Source of the DNA: Phoronis australis
Lineage: Eukaryota; Animalia; Phoronida
Direction: 5' to 3'
NCBI GenBank assembly: GCA_002633005.1
Contig: NMRA01000186.1
Span: forward strand, 289,479-353,478
Length of the DNA: 64,000 nucleotides
The position numbers and the translations under genes are program-made. The notes beneath the pieces were generated by a model. The model worked only from the letters and a program-made list of their open reading frames with translations, was not told the origin of the DNA and ran no database searches. Positions 34,201-49,200 of this stretch are shown in pieces (position 1 is the stretch's first letter; every line of letters starts with the position of its first letter).

Positions 34201-37200
34201 TTTGCTATAAGTGACATGAAAAAAGTTGCCTTCGCCTTTAAGCTTCGATGGAATGTCTTCAGGTATTTATAATCAACTCTGTTTGAAGCGGTTAATGTAT
34301 TCCAGAGGTTATTCACGCAAAAGAGTCCTCGTACGCAATTTACGTGGCGCCCTGAGCATGCTTACCAGTACACGAGGGAGGCACCACGGGCATGATGTTT
34401 CCATATTTGTCACATTCCGTAGTCAGGTTCACAGCATCCGCCTTCCAACTGTATCCATGGTCACATCGCCACTCGACCGTAGAACTCAACGGCAACTCTA
34501 ACGTGCTGGTGTGGTTTCCGGAAGCTAGAGGAACCAACTCGCCATTCGTGAATACCTTGAAGTGCGGATATTCGGGAAGGCGAACCAGACACGTTACAGC
34601 TGCAATACAAGTTCACACGCGCTGTCTTTCAGTTAGTTGAAGGCACCCAGGGACTTCCTAACGCATGTTTCCTCTAAGTACACCCTTACACGGAGGCGCC
34701 TCTCGTACAGTGACGTCATGCCAATCAATGTTTTTACTACTTGCTTCTATCACTACGTACATACCATACATACGCGTCAACCGTCCAATTTAGTTTTAAG
34801 AAATCGCTTTTATGATTCCAACCAAGTTAAGATCTCTATTCATTCATGTTGAAATTCCGTTTTTGGGCACGCCTGTGCAAAAGATGTCGGACATCAGCAG
34901 TTCCCAAACACAATTGAACTGGCTTTTACTCTCAGGTCACGAAAGTACGAAAACCTTTAATCACTATTACTTCAATTGTAGTGGATCGTAACGGTCATTA
35001 TCAAGTTCAAACATCGATCCTGATAATATGATGATATATAATGTACATTTACAACTTTTATTCCGTTGGGCATTTGCGCAGGTGTGCTAGGACTTTGGAG
35101 TGAGGCTGGATTACAGGTTTGGTTGCATCAAAGTTATGCTCAATATCTATTCCTCAAAGTTTGGCGTTTGTTTGGTCAATAACCATTTTTACTGATCTCG
35201 GGTTATTTTAGAATGTTCTGCTTCCGCAGGACTTACACTAACAGGTGAGAAGCTGAAAATTCAGTTTATACAAAAAGTAAACAAACTTTGATACACAAAT
35301 CGTTCGTTTTAGTCCGATACCAATATACCAGTTTTTGTCTTGTAAACAAATTTTTATACACATATCGTTCGTTTTAGTCCGATACCAATATACCAGTTTT
35401 TGTCTTCTCAATTTTCCGTGTAGTGTCTTAAGACAACAGTCATAGACTGCTCGATCTAGCCATGTGCATGTAGAGGCTCAACAAGAGGCCACGTCCGGGC
35501 TGAAGAGACTCAGAGTCCGGGTTCGGTCAAGCTTTGATTTCAGAATTTAAGTTTTTTTTAAGACAACTCGCTTTTTAACTAGTTAAAGACTTGAGTACCT
35601 CACGTCCAACAGAACCAGCAAGAATTTTAGTGCCACAATTTCTCTCTACAATGTTTTCCAAATGACCATTGCACGAAGAAACGCTAATTTCGCCTTCAGT
35701 ATTATTCTGTCGCAGCAGCAGTGTTGGTACATATATTGTCTATTTACCTTCGTGTTATGCACCATATGCAAATTCATTGGCAGTATTATTTTCAGATTTG
35801 ACGATTTGAGATCTTAATTTAGACGCTCAATTTCTGTAGCTCCTTTTGGTACTCTTGTTCTTTGCTCTCGAAGGAACAGCTGAATAGAATGTCCAACTTC
35901 ATGCATTAATATTTTACATGTTTCTCTTCGTAGTCCGAATTGACCACATTTCTGTATGTTTTGCATTTATTTTAGTGGCGTGTTTATATCACTTTTCTAT
36001 TAAACATTAATAAATACCTTCACTTCGCTCCCGATTTTGTCTCATTCTAAACGACTTTTTCACCATTTTTGACCGAATTTAGGCCCCCCTCATGTGAAGA
36101 CCATGCTCATTGTTATATTTCCCTGGTCGTTATAAATCGCAGAGTCCAACATTGCTCGATAAACAACTGCCGTTGCTAATTTAACACCCTGTCTCCCTTC
36201 GCCGCTAACGCTGCCCTTGACACGTTTCTCTCCGCCCACGCTTCCAACAGCCGTGCCACGGGGGCTCGAACGCATTGCTGTACTCGTGAGCTCGTATAAC
36301 GATTTGAACGGCCTTGACCAACTGTCACGATGAAGGCGGGAAATGGCCCTGGCCCCCAAATGATTTTACCTGTCAAGGTGTCTACCGTTGGTGACCTTTT
36401 AGTACATCTATTGCGATTCTGCTCAAAAAGATGATTATTTATTGAGAAGTATATCTAAAACGGTGGTATTCCGAGTGTCCATTTCAAAGATGAAGCACTG
36501 ACAACGCCTTCCTGCTTTAAAATCTGTGATTTCAACGAAAAGCTTAGTGGCTTGCCAAGTGCCGCTGTCACAGAGTAAGAATTTGATAACCGTATTTTAA
36601 AACATCATTCAACCTACTCGTTAAGTCATTCGTGACAACACTCACATAATAAATGCGCTACTGTAAACAAAGCTCCATAAGCGGATACAGAGTAGTCATT
36701 AAGGGTCCGAGTTTTCCCAGTGCTTGGCCACACTGAGTTTTGCCAATGTTTTTCCATTATTTAACCATTTTATACGTTACCTATGCACGGTGGAGGCGTC
36801 TTCAGCTCCTTCCATGCTATATCACACTTTAGCACGATTGTCTTGGACTTCGTGTGCGTCCAGTGGGCGTTGGACTCGCAGGTAACGCTGACTCCGGAGT
36901 GGAGAATGACCCAATTCGGGCCGTCCGGTTCGAGGTGGTGACCATCGTCATCGACCGCAACAAAATGGGGATATTTTTCCATCATGAAGCCGCACACCTC
37001 TACAAACCAAGAAACAATGATATGGTAGATTAGTTCCCAGCTCCGATTTGGTCTAGCTCACGATCGGTCATAACATTACGTAGAGTTGCTTGACAACGAT
37101 AACTGTTGCTCGGCAACAAGGGCACAGGTTGGTTGCTTCTGCACAGTAGTTGTACATCAAATTTTCACGTTGATGTCTGACGGTAACGATAACACCGTTA

Positions 37201-40200
37201 TAAGCTAACTTCCCGCGGTTATTTCGGAGTTAATGCACAGCACTTATGCGCAGTTTGTTGATGCCAGTATCTAACAATGGAAATCATTTCTGCAGTAACG
37301 GAACACCACTTGAGATTTATGTACATGTACAGTGTACGGCAGACTCGGTAAAGGATAAATGATATTCTGTTTCGTGCTTTGGCTTTGCGGTATCATTTAG
37401 GTGCAAAATCCAAAGCTCCCTTTTGGCAAAATCTCGCCACTCACATTATGCACCAAGTCATACCTGATATCTCTAAATAATTTCATAAGCTTGGTAGATT
37501 AGAATTTGACAGTTTCTTATTTCCACAACCAGAAAAGCATTAAGAAATGCATGGGATGTTGTTCGTCCTGTTGAGTCGGAAAATAATTTAAGATCTAGAC
37601 GGATAATAGAGTCTACCTGGGTCAGAAAAAGTGGGTCAGTTACGAACAGGGACGATGGAGGATGTAAGTTGTCTAAAAATTAGAACAGCCTCATCGCCAC
37701 ACCTCCTAATGCCCAGAAACTTCGGAAGATGGCTGCTGACAGGAGCCGAAACTGTCAAAGCTTTTCTGGCCATGAAAATAAAAAAACTATCAAGTCATAC
37801 TTCATTTTGAAGATGATATCAAGGTCACCGCAATCATCTGGCGGCTGAAGTTGTCATACCTACACCTCAGTGCTAAATATTATTAAGGAAAATCTAAAAC
37901 TTCCATCTTGAGATAACGCTGCTTCGTGAAAAATCTTGAGAAATTGGTTCTGTGGCAGTTAGAAATACAAGATGTTGTGATCAGACTTCTGAGAAATCTG
38001 TATGCGTACAGAGCTGGCTTTTCTACAAAGACTGCTCTTCATCACCTCTTCAGACTGCTTGAAAATACTGTATACAAAAAAGTTTGCTCTTGGCGCTTTC
38101 ATTGACGTTGTTGGTGCCTTCATCTACATTAAAAATGATGATATCTATAATGCACGGATTGACAAAAGGCTTATAAGGTGGATTATGTACGTGCTGAGCA
38201 GTGATACAACAACAGCTAAGCTTGAGGGGTCTATTGTGACTGTCCGTCTTCCTTGGGGGCCGCTTCACCTGCTCTCTTCACTATGGTCATGGAGTACCTA
38301 TTAAGAAAACTGTTCGTTAACATTGGTCAATGTCTAGTTGTACAGGCCTATGCTGATGACATTGTCTTCTGTGTGTCAAGTGTTGATGCTTGCACATGCC
38401 GCAGCACTGTCCAGAAGGTACGCTATGTGATGGACCGAGACAGACGACTTGGAGATCAGTAGCAGTAAAACAAAAGTGTTGATGTTCACCGAGGAGTGGA
38501 AGTGGAAGTGGAATGTAAAACCATTGAAGCTCTATGGTTCTGAACTTCCACCCCACAAAAATGTCACCTACCTAGGTGTTACTCTCCACCATCGCCTTTC
38601 TTGAATATCTCACGTGATGGACAAGATAACCATGGTCAAGTTGGCCATGGTTAGGTGCAGCCGAGGGGTGGGTAAAACTTGGGGACTCTCTCCTAAGAAT
38701 TCTTTCTGGATCTACATTGGTTTTATCTGACCAATGTTAGCTTACGCAAAGTCAGTATGGATAACATCTCTTAAACAGAGCATTGTTAGAACTAAACTGA
38801 AACAAATACAGAGTTTATCTTGCTTGTGTGTTACTTCTGTTTTTCCGGGGACATCTATAGCTACAATGGAAATGCTTATTGGTGTCCAAGCCTTGCATAT
38901 TTACCTCATTGGTGAAGTTGCGCTTGCAGCTTACCGTATGAGGTGTAATGGGCAGTGGAGTAATGTGCGAATCACTGATACTGTTGCTTCCAAGAGCCAT
39001 AATATATGCAACAGGTTAATGTCAGATATTGGAACACTTTTGGCAACGCTGAGTGTTGTTTTAGTGGCGACCCCAAATCGCAGATACAATTACTGAACAA
39101 AAATTGGAGAGGGTTACGAAATCATTGATAACAATGACCCTTTGTTACCCTGGTGGCTCTAAACTTGACAACGGACAGTCAGGATCGGGAATCTACATTC
39201 CAGACCTTATTGGTGACGACCGACACTAACTGGGTAACACTGTTAGTCTTTCAGGCTAAAATTGTCTGCATTCACCAGGCTGCCCACCTGACAAGGGAGC
39301 ATAAGGCAGTGCTTGGTAACAAGAAACTCTTCATACTCTCAGACATCCAAGCAGCTACATGTATTAAAGCTCTAACTAAATCTAAGATCAATTCCCGTTG
39401 TGTCCAGGCCTGTGTAAACGAGCTTAACTACCCAACATCTACTATAACTGTTCATGAAAACTCAGGTAAAGCCCATGTTGGTATTGACTGTAACGACACC
39501 GCTTACAAACTTGAAAAAGAAGGAGCAAGCGCACCCTTTTTATACCAGAATCTTGCCTCTAGGTGCAGCAGAGCAAAGGCAAGACACTGGGTGCCTAAAC
39601 TGTCCATGGGTGCATGGAGAAAGCTCTCCGTCTGAAGACAAATATTTCCAAGACCTATTGAACCTAAAGGTTCAAAGAAACTATTATACTTAGATAGGCT
39701 TGCTATAAAGCAGGTGATCCAGCTCATTACTGGACGCTGCAACCCAGCTCGGCAACGCCACATCACAGGTCTCATGGCATGTTCGTTTTGTCCCATCTGT
39801 GACTTGGAGGCCGAGACTTCTCAACATCTGGGAGAGATTCGCCCTGTCTACAACAATCTACTACTTGATGGACACATAACCCACCTGGTTGACATTGCTA
39901 GTTCATTCAGGTTTAATAGTCTTTTTATGTTTCTGAAACAAACAGGCAGACTGCTAGATTTTACGCATGATGAAACCCATAATGTCGGGCAACCATGAGT
40001 CATAATCAGGTGATAAGTGTAATGGGCCCGGTCTTGCAGCCTAAGCCGTAAAAGGCATCAGACCAGCTGCACTCTTTTTGAGATAACGCGCCAACCAATG
40101 AGATAAATATAGCCTATATATATAGCTCATTGGCGACAACAAAATTTTCTCAAATGAAACCTGCACGTTCTTGGTGTTGCATTGTAAAGGTGACTAAAAT

Positions 40201-43200
40201 TGACTGTCGATCAGAGTTGCCTATACCTTGCTATAAACTAAAAAAATAATGATTCCTTCTTCAGATATCGCATCAACAATATTATGTGACGGAGGAATGG
40301 ACAGCCGCAACGGTGTAAATTTTTATGTTTAAGTCAGAACACCAAAATTTTAGACAATCAAAATAGAGAAATAGTCGCATCAACGTTAGAAAATCAGTGA
40401 ACCAGAAAATATAATGAAAGCTGTCAAAACATAAAACTGTAACCAAGCCACGAAAGCATCTCAGCTATTCACTTGATCGAATGTGGTCTGTCAATAGACC
40501 ATGTAAATTTTACCTTTTGCCAAAGGGGCCTCTATGCGCCTGTAACTGAAAAGGTAACCAAATTCGGCAACTCCATGTTTTTGCATATCTGTAGTAGGCA
40601 AGGGCCAAAACACAAATTATCAAAATCTAAATAATTCATCAATAACTTAAAACTGCTCCAAACCTACGTCTATGTCCTGCTTTTTCTTGTGGGAGAAAGA
40701 GACGAAGTGACGAGCAGCAGACACAAGTTTAAAATTTCAAACTAACAGAAAAATACTTTGACATGAAAAGAAAATCAAAATCTTTACGAATAGTCTTTAA
40801 AAATACCTGATGAGCAGGTTGAATTCTGTTTCAGTGTCAGAGAAACTTTACGAATTATGCAATTTATTCTGTTTTTTACGTTCCACACCTTTTTGAACAC
40901 AGGGGGTTTGTAAATTTCAATAACGTGGACTACTGGATCATAAATGAATTGGTAGACTCTTGGAGTCCGAAAATGACAGCCAATATTTTCCAATGAAACC
41001 CACTCGACAGGGCGTTCCTCACCCTGAAATCTATGTAGCAACACAGCGCCTACGCCGCAAGGCTGAGCGGATGTGAACTAGTAGCTTAGAGATTATTAGA
41101 AGTGGTTCTAACGTCATGTGAACTAGTAGCTTAGAGATTATTAGAAGTGGTTCTAACGTCAATAAAACCACTTCCTCACACTTTCCCACTGTACCAGAAT
41201 GAACAGAGATAATTCTGTAGAAACGGCGCGCTGAGTTTTACTTCTAGGGATTCGACATCTGTTATTTGCCGTGAAAACCAATATTCCTTAACGAAAATTG
41301 AATTTGCCGAATTTGGTGCGCTACAATATGTATACCACATGCTCAATAATCCGAGGAAACATATTTTTTTTACTAAAGGACCATGTTTGCCGTTTTGTAA
41401 TTTACAACACGAGTTCTTTTGTTTTAGCTTTTGCATGGAATGGTGTTAATATGTCAACGATGCGGGTAATTTTTGTGCAGATCAGGGAAATCAGAAAGAA
41501 ACACAAAAAATAGCGGCAGGCTTATACCAGAAAAATCCCAAGACCCTAAATTTTACAACAAAATGTCAGTCAAAATGTTACTTGTATCACAATCTAGGTT
41601 TTTCCAGCAAACGAAAGTATGCTCAAATTGCCGAAACCTTCTGAAAATCCAACATTTTCAACAGAGACCCTTCTCATGTTGTGCAATCAGTGGTAATTGA
41701 AAAATAAACAAACTTTTTTACTTAAGTTTCGTCAATTAACAGGCATTTAGTTTTCGCCGTGTTATCAGATCATTTTGAAGCTTTCGAGTTGCGAAAAGAG
41801 GGCAGCAAAACCAAGTTTCCGAAAAGGGCTCATTCCCGAAAAAGCCATCTGGGCGCTTTTTGGGAAACAGAAATAGCACGACTAATTGGACAAAAATGAG
41901 CACGTTATGGTGGAGTCATTATAGGCTAATAATGACCAGTCTCCACGTTACCACGACCACTTTTACATTGTTCACTTACCCTTGCACATGGGTGGTATCT
42001 CCAACTCGCCAAGCGTGGAGCACTGTGCGGAAAAAGTGTTCTTGACATTCCTTCGAACAATAAATGTGGTATCCTCCGTATCCATGCACTTGAAGTTCCA
42101 CTCTCTGTCCACGGGAACTATTAGACTGCTGTCGTCCATAACGCCCTGCCCATCCGCCAGATCGGTTATAACGTAGTTAAGGCTGTGTGGAATTCGAACG
42201 ACGCAATTTCCTGAAAGCATTCAAGGTTGGCTTACGAATTTAGCTTTGGTTATAAATCCATTATCGCTGATTGGTCTAGGTTGTCACAAGAGGGCAAACC
42301 CAATTTCCGAAAAGCATACCTCCCCATCACACTTATAGTGACATGGCAGGGTTTTTGGTTATGATGGCGGGGGTGGTCCCCTACTTCCCCTACATCCACC
42401 CGTCGCTCCCATTTTGCATTATTGTTCCCACTGTTCTAGTAAGTTGCTTAAGTTATTTGTGATTCAAACCTTAAAATGTCGCTGGAAACACAAAGTATTT
42501 TCGAGGGAGTGAAATGGAGGTTTCCGAAAAATAGATTCTGTGGTGAGAACCTGCCAAACAAACGGCAAACTAACGGAGACCCATAATGTAACAAGAAAAG
42601 ATATGAACTAGCAACACTGAGCATATAAGTCACGACCATTTGTGGATCTTGATGCTGGGTAGAATGTCCGATCTGCACAAATTACATTTTTTTTCGCAAG
42701 GGAACGTACAGTGGAATTATCATCTAATACATGTGTTCATTACATTTTGAGAATATATCGTTTTGAAATCCACTTTGCTCGATTTTTAAAACTCCCTATG
42801 TTCTAAATGTTAAAATGAAGGTATAGTGATATTAGTAATGAATCGTTACTTTTCACTTGCATTTTGAGGCTCTCCCATTGTGAGTCCCGTCAAATTATAA
42901 TCGAGGCCCTATATGCTATAGCGCAGACCTTTCGGATGTGCCTGCCAGGTATGTCACAGTGGTTGTAAATGAAACCACTTTTCATGTCCTAAGTCCGTTA
43001 CAGGTAGTAAGTCATTCGCAGCAAATTGGCAGACTTGTCTATTGGCTAAGCGCATAAGTCGGGTCTGTAGCAGCCTTTACGGCACAAGTACCTACTGACA
43101 AGGGACGAGCAGCTCTGTATTTCATCCTTTTTCCACCCACTCTTGATGCACAAGACCCCAAACATCCTCGAACGAGTGTCGGCCGTCACCCAACCTTTTT

Positions 43201-46200
43201 CACAGAAGACCTTGAGCTCCATGCCCACAAAGACGGTTGATTTATCTGTGTCGAGGGCCGAGGTGCTTCCAATACGTGCATTTCTGACCTGATTGGCTAC
43301 TTCTCGGACAGCACACGTTATATCTAAACACACATATTCATACCCAGTAAACCACGGTGAGTAGTCACCAGTCGACGTTAAAGCTGTCACGTCTAAGAGG
43401 GAACACTGAAAAATACTCTGCCGACTGAGTTCCAGACACTTACTAACGGACCTGTCAAAGCGCACGCAGATGACGACTAAAGATATGTAGTAATGAACAT
43501 ATGCTAGAAGGGAAAGTACGAGATACTACACTTAGGCTTTCAGCTGGCATTACTAGTTCTCTAGGAGAAGACTTCAAAGAATATTCACGACATTCCTTAC
43601 AAACCTTCACAAGAACCTGTCAACTCTTCGTCACACCTTCGTGTAGCACTTTTCGTTTTCGTCGTAGAGATCAGCTTATCACCGCTACACTGGTAAACGA
43701 CTGTGTCATTCTTTTTTAGACATGCCGACTGGCCCGGTAATAACAATGGGAGTGGGAAGACTGGCACCAAGACGTAGAGATTACTGGTTGTTGGGATATA
43801 CAGCAGGCACTCGCAGGTTTCTGTCAACAAAACATAAGTCTGAGCAGGCCCGTGAAAAGGTAAAAATTATCCCCCTCTTCCTATATCCACAACCTCCGCC
43901 CCACCCCTTTTCTGTTCTCCTGATGCCGCCATATTTTTAACGAGCCCCCCACGTCCCCATAGGCTGGGGGCAATCCCAGGGATGCACGAATCAGGATTTG
44001 AGAAACAGTCAACCAACGTTTCACGGAGAGTAAGAATGAGCCTAGGGCCAGGGCATTGACGGGTAGCTGGGTGCTGCTTCAAGTACAATAACTGTAGCTG
44101 AAATCTGAGTGTGAAAATACTAAATTTAATGAACTACAGCTATTCGCTGCTCAACTCGGCTATCATACACCTGAGACAGGCAGCTTAGCTCATACCTGTC
44201 CATCTGCGCTGGCTCTAAGGTCGCTTAATTCCGATTCAGGTTCGTTGTTTTATCATGGCCATTCTTTAAAGGAATTTTTGAAAAGGTGTGGTCCCAAGGT
44301 TCCTTGTATAGTGCCATTGGGGATGTTTCAAAATTCCTCTTCGAAACACGATCAGTAGTCCAGTTTCTGCCGGGTGGCTGGTGATGATACAAGTTTGTCC
44401 CAAAAACGTACACCCTTCAACGCCTGGAGTTCAAAGTCAGTTCCCGTGGAAAACTGAGATTCTGTGCTGACCTACTGCATGGTTACATCTTATTTTTAAC
44501 GTGGGTGCAACAGTCACCACTCGCTCTTCCTGAGTAGTATGCACGAGAATGGCAAGCAAACGAATCAGTTTTGAAGAACAAAAAATCATTGCGCACTACT
44601 TTACTGGAAACTAAAACATCAAGGAAGAGGACAGACAACCTTTCCAAATTTGTGTGCTATTAGTTAAAGTTCAATTATTTAAGGACTCTAACGTCTGTGT
44701 GGATCTACAGTTTGAAAATTTAAATCATTAATCGACCTCCTAAGTTAATAAACAATTTATTGTCATTTGAATTGTGAGAACATTTTGGGACAGTTTGTAG
44801 AGCCGTCCGACATTCATGAATATCCTTGAGACATATTTCATATTGACAAGGATCGCTTAGTGTACTTTTCTATTTGGGTATATGATGATAGATCAAATTT
44901 TCCCAATGTCAGCCTGCAACTAAGTTCAGTGAAGCATGGTCATTTCTTACAAGACTGTCAAAAAATCATCTATCAATCGGTCCACAAACACATGTAAATC
45001 AGAAACCAACACTTTATTCCATGAGCAATGTGTTTACCTTAATCTATTAACTTAATTCCTGTTCGTGACCTTTAGCGACAAATCATGTGCCTAAGTAAAA
45101 AGTAATGCATTTATTGTGATTTTAACTGTGAGTATATGTTTGCGAACTGTCCGAAAATTCATCAATGTTTTAAATAGGGAAAATCGTATGTCTACTTTAA
45201 TATTTAGAGTTCGGATTATAAAGTTTTTCTAAATTCAGGCTGCAACTAAATTCACTGAAACATCATCAAGTCTTGCAAGATTAGCTTCTAAATGTGAACA
45301 AATCATCTATGAACATAAAAATTAGAAACCGAATGAATTTGTTCATCAAAACGGAATGTTAGAAGCAATTCCCGCAGGCATGCTCGCAGACTTTTGACTG
45401 CCGGGTAACCGTGGGAACATGGGAGATGGGGCATATGTACAGTATTAAGGTGTATTTTTGGTCATTTCAGAGGTATCTATCGGTTCACAAATAAAACGTG
45501 AATTTCAATCAGACGCTCAGAAATCTTTGTTTGTGATTGCAAGTATTTTGAGTACCAGTGCCCCCGCTCGACATGTACACGGTCATCACAAATCGTAGCC
45601 CGACGGTCTTTTCGTCAGGTACGAAAGCTTCAGAAACAATTTCTAGTAACGATCTTCAAAAGGAAATGCTATTATTGTGATACTGTGGGAAAAAGATAAC
45701 ATTAATTTATAACTAACTTTCGTGTAATTCACAAACAGTGGCCACCACGTTCTTAAATTTCTACCTTTTCGATTGGGTCAATCTTATCGTATTTTTCACA
45801 TTTTTGGTTGTTCGGGTCGAATGTCTTGATACTGCTGTGCTGTGCACGAATGTTTTATGTTTTTGATGAACTTGGAATCTCAGGCTACCCTCGTGAATAC
45901 TTGGCACTGTGTCATGTCGGGGTGTATGGAGGGACAAAGGGACAATTTTCCCGAACCGCCCCACCGAGGGAGGGTCCCTTCTAAAATGAGACACCTTAAG
46001 ATGAAGCTCATTAAGCTTGGAAAAATTGGCAATTCATTCCATCGTTGTGTAACACTGCAAGAAGTGATCATTCTAAGCATGAAAGCCGGCTGTACAATTT
46101 CACAAGAAACAGCAAAGAAGAGGTAATCGATTTGGGCCTTCTCTCCGTGAACGACCCTTTAAGAATTTGTAAATAAAAACACTAGAAGGGTGGCTACTTA

Positions 46201-49200
46201 AATGAACCTATGGGTCCCTTCAAGGACTGGGCCCCTCATATGAAACAAAATGTACTTTCAAAGATCAGGAAATGCGCAGCAATTGATGTTATCTGTCATG
46301 TCATCAATATCTCTCAAGTGATATAGTATTTGGAAAAAAACGAAAAAATAGTGCGACAATTGTCTCTGTTATCACTTGCCAGAGAGGGATTTCTGGAAAA
46401 TACAGTTTTGCATTCACAAAATTGTTTTATTGAATTTAGAAATCCAGTGAATTAATACGCTCTGCAAAAGTTTCGCCTTACAAATTTTCTCGAAGAAATA
46501 TATATATGAATGATTACGTTTACGTTTTCAAGGGCGTTTAGACGACCTATGCTACAAAAACAGAGACCTAACAACAATGTCCTGGGTAGGGACTGCGTTG
46601 TCAACTGTTTTCTCCTTATCATCCGTATTCGCAGTCTTTCTTTTTTTTTCGAATGCTCCACGCCTATGTCGGTTGCCACGGTTTGACACTGCCCCTCCCC
46701 CGTCCAGACCCCCGCTTCCTACGGCCCTGCTGAGGAAACATTCAGATTAAACAACCAACAGTCCTAAGGGACAGCATGTGCGCTCTCATTAGCGGATTTT
46801 TTCATAAACATTGATTTTCAGGAACGACAGTCCTGTTCTCATGCGCCTCAGTAGACAATTGACGTATCGTAAGCTCCGCCCCCTTGAGAAAAGTCACGTG
46901 ACTACCGACAAACCAACAAGATGATAGAGGCATGTACACTGTCGCTAAGCGACATTCTGATGGAATCGATGAGTGCTTTTTGCACTATCCGAAAGCGCTC
47001 CGACAAAGACATTAGGCGATGCTTTTAAGCAGAGAATCTTACGTTCATAATGTGAGAATTTGCAAAGATGACGTTGAAAAATGAGTATGCGAGGAAAAGT
47101 ATTTCGGAGCCAGCGAAAATCCGAAGAACCCCACACGGGGTTCCCCTTTGCCTGAGAAATGACAAGGCCACTGATGCGATATGTTCATATACAGCTGGGT
47201 ATGTACCTTAAAGTCGAATTATCTGTTCGATGCCATAGGTTTCAGGATCGTTTGAACAAAACGAGGGAAGATTCACCGAAATTTTTATTCTGTCGTCTGC
47301 TAAAATCCGCCAAATGCAAAGTACAGTAGGTCGCAACTGCCCGTGGGACTCCTGGAGTGAAGTAGTTCCAGTCGATAGCACGGTTTACGCTTTTTTAAGC
47401 TTCGAACAAAATATTTCGATTAAAAAACCTCAGGTTTATAGCTCAAGTACACACTCATCCTGTCCAAGGCAAGCAGTTCGCTCTGGTAGGTCTAGGGCTG
47501 TGTCCAAGTCAAATTAATGCACGTAATTGCACCATTTAAGGCCAAGTATGGTGCCAAATTGACTACTTTTACATCTAAAATACATTTATTTATGAAAAAC
47601 ATCAAAGTACTGTGTCATAGCATACTCCAGTCGTTAATTAAGAAGGCCATCGACAATACAGTAGCCCCATCACGAACCCCATTTAGCGCCAAAAAAAAAA
47701 AATTGAGACGGCGCTCGCGCCAATCGAAGTCTACTGTATGACATCATCGTTATCACGAATTTGGCTTTCACCGCGTCTCCACAGTATTGGAATCAGCGAT
47801 GGCTGGCCATTTAATTTAGTGCAAAATACGTCAGTTAATATTAAATTGATCAAAATCATTACCTTTAGACATTTTTTATTCAATTATTTAGCACATATTC
47901 TAATAAGGGCCGCGGTATGGGAATCCCTGGGAGTGTGACTGGGACCGTCGAAACAGACGGAAAAACAAAACGCTTCCTCTGAATTGTTATCAGCAATTTC
48001 ACAATGTTTATCATAAAAAGTAATTTGCTTGATACAAAAACTTTGATGTTAGGAACTTTGCATTCATGTCTTTTTCAGTGAAGCCGAAGGTGTGAACGCT
48101 GCGCGATTCCAATACGGGCGGCTATCGATTGTGTGTGTCCCGTATTGGTATAGACGACAATAGGCTGTTTAATTTGGTGCAAAATACTTGGAAACGTTAC
48201 AACACATATCAGCTTGATCTTTTCGTACAGAAAAAATTATAATCAAATTCATTGAAACTTCATATTAGAAACTAAATTTTCAAAATGAGCCTTGAAATGC
48301 TGCAACCCGTAGCCTAATCGCCGCCATTTTGACTCGGTCAACCTAAAAAAATTGAAAATTTAATAACAACACAACATTGTGAGTGTCTGTAATAAATTAA
48401 AACTGCAAAATAAAGTATGGATTGCATGAAAACATTTAAAGTTATAAGAATTTGTAATCAATTGAACGTTTTAAACTCAGTACCAGAATTCCGTTAGGCC
48501 TAAGGGAACGACCCAATCAGACAGAATATTCCGGATTTGGACCGGATTCCCTATACTCTGGGCCGGAACAGTAACACGAAACGTCGAAGTGCGCACTGTG
48601 GATTTTTTTGTAGCCAGCCAGCTAGCTGTTTGAAAACTATCGCCAAAATACAGCAAGGTAACACTGTGAATTGAGCTCTGTTAAACCATACACTATAGAC
48701 CTCATACAGGTCGGGTATGAGTTGTGTTAGTCATCTCGTAGTGAAAATTATATCGCAGAGCCAACGACTGACGGCCGGGGTGCATGCAAAATCTGGGAGA
48801 CACTCACCCTGCCCGTTGCCAGTCGTTTGCGGGAAGAACAATATAATAAACGTCATTTTCTAGCATTACTCTGCGCCTTTTGAGTTTTGTAACAAAGAAA
48901 GTCTGTCGTCGTTTTGAAAACAGTACGCTCGATCGTGACACGCGCACGCGCCGTACTAAAATTCTGCGACTACTTTTGGGACAGCTTTGCAGCAGTAAAG
49001 TTTGTTCTAAATTTGGTTTGCTGGTCTAAAAAATGCTAATAACTTGTGACGAAATGAATCCAGTTCCAACAATTTGTTGTGACAGTACGCAACCTCGTGG
49101 CAGCAAAGAATAGTTGATAGAAGAATAAACGGGAGGAAAAGAAACTGTTCAGGTCAGGTGACGTAATCGCAAAACGCCGCTCACAAGAACGCACTTCAAT

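Noticed and set aside
44755-45330. Degenerate ~250-bp direct repeat
   Set aside because: Old, non-coding and without termini, so it carries no interpretable signal
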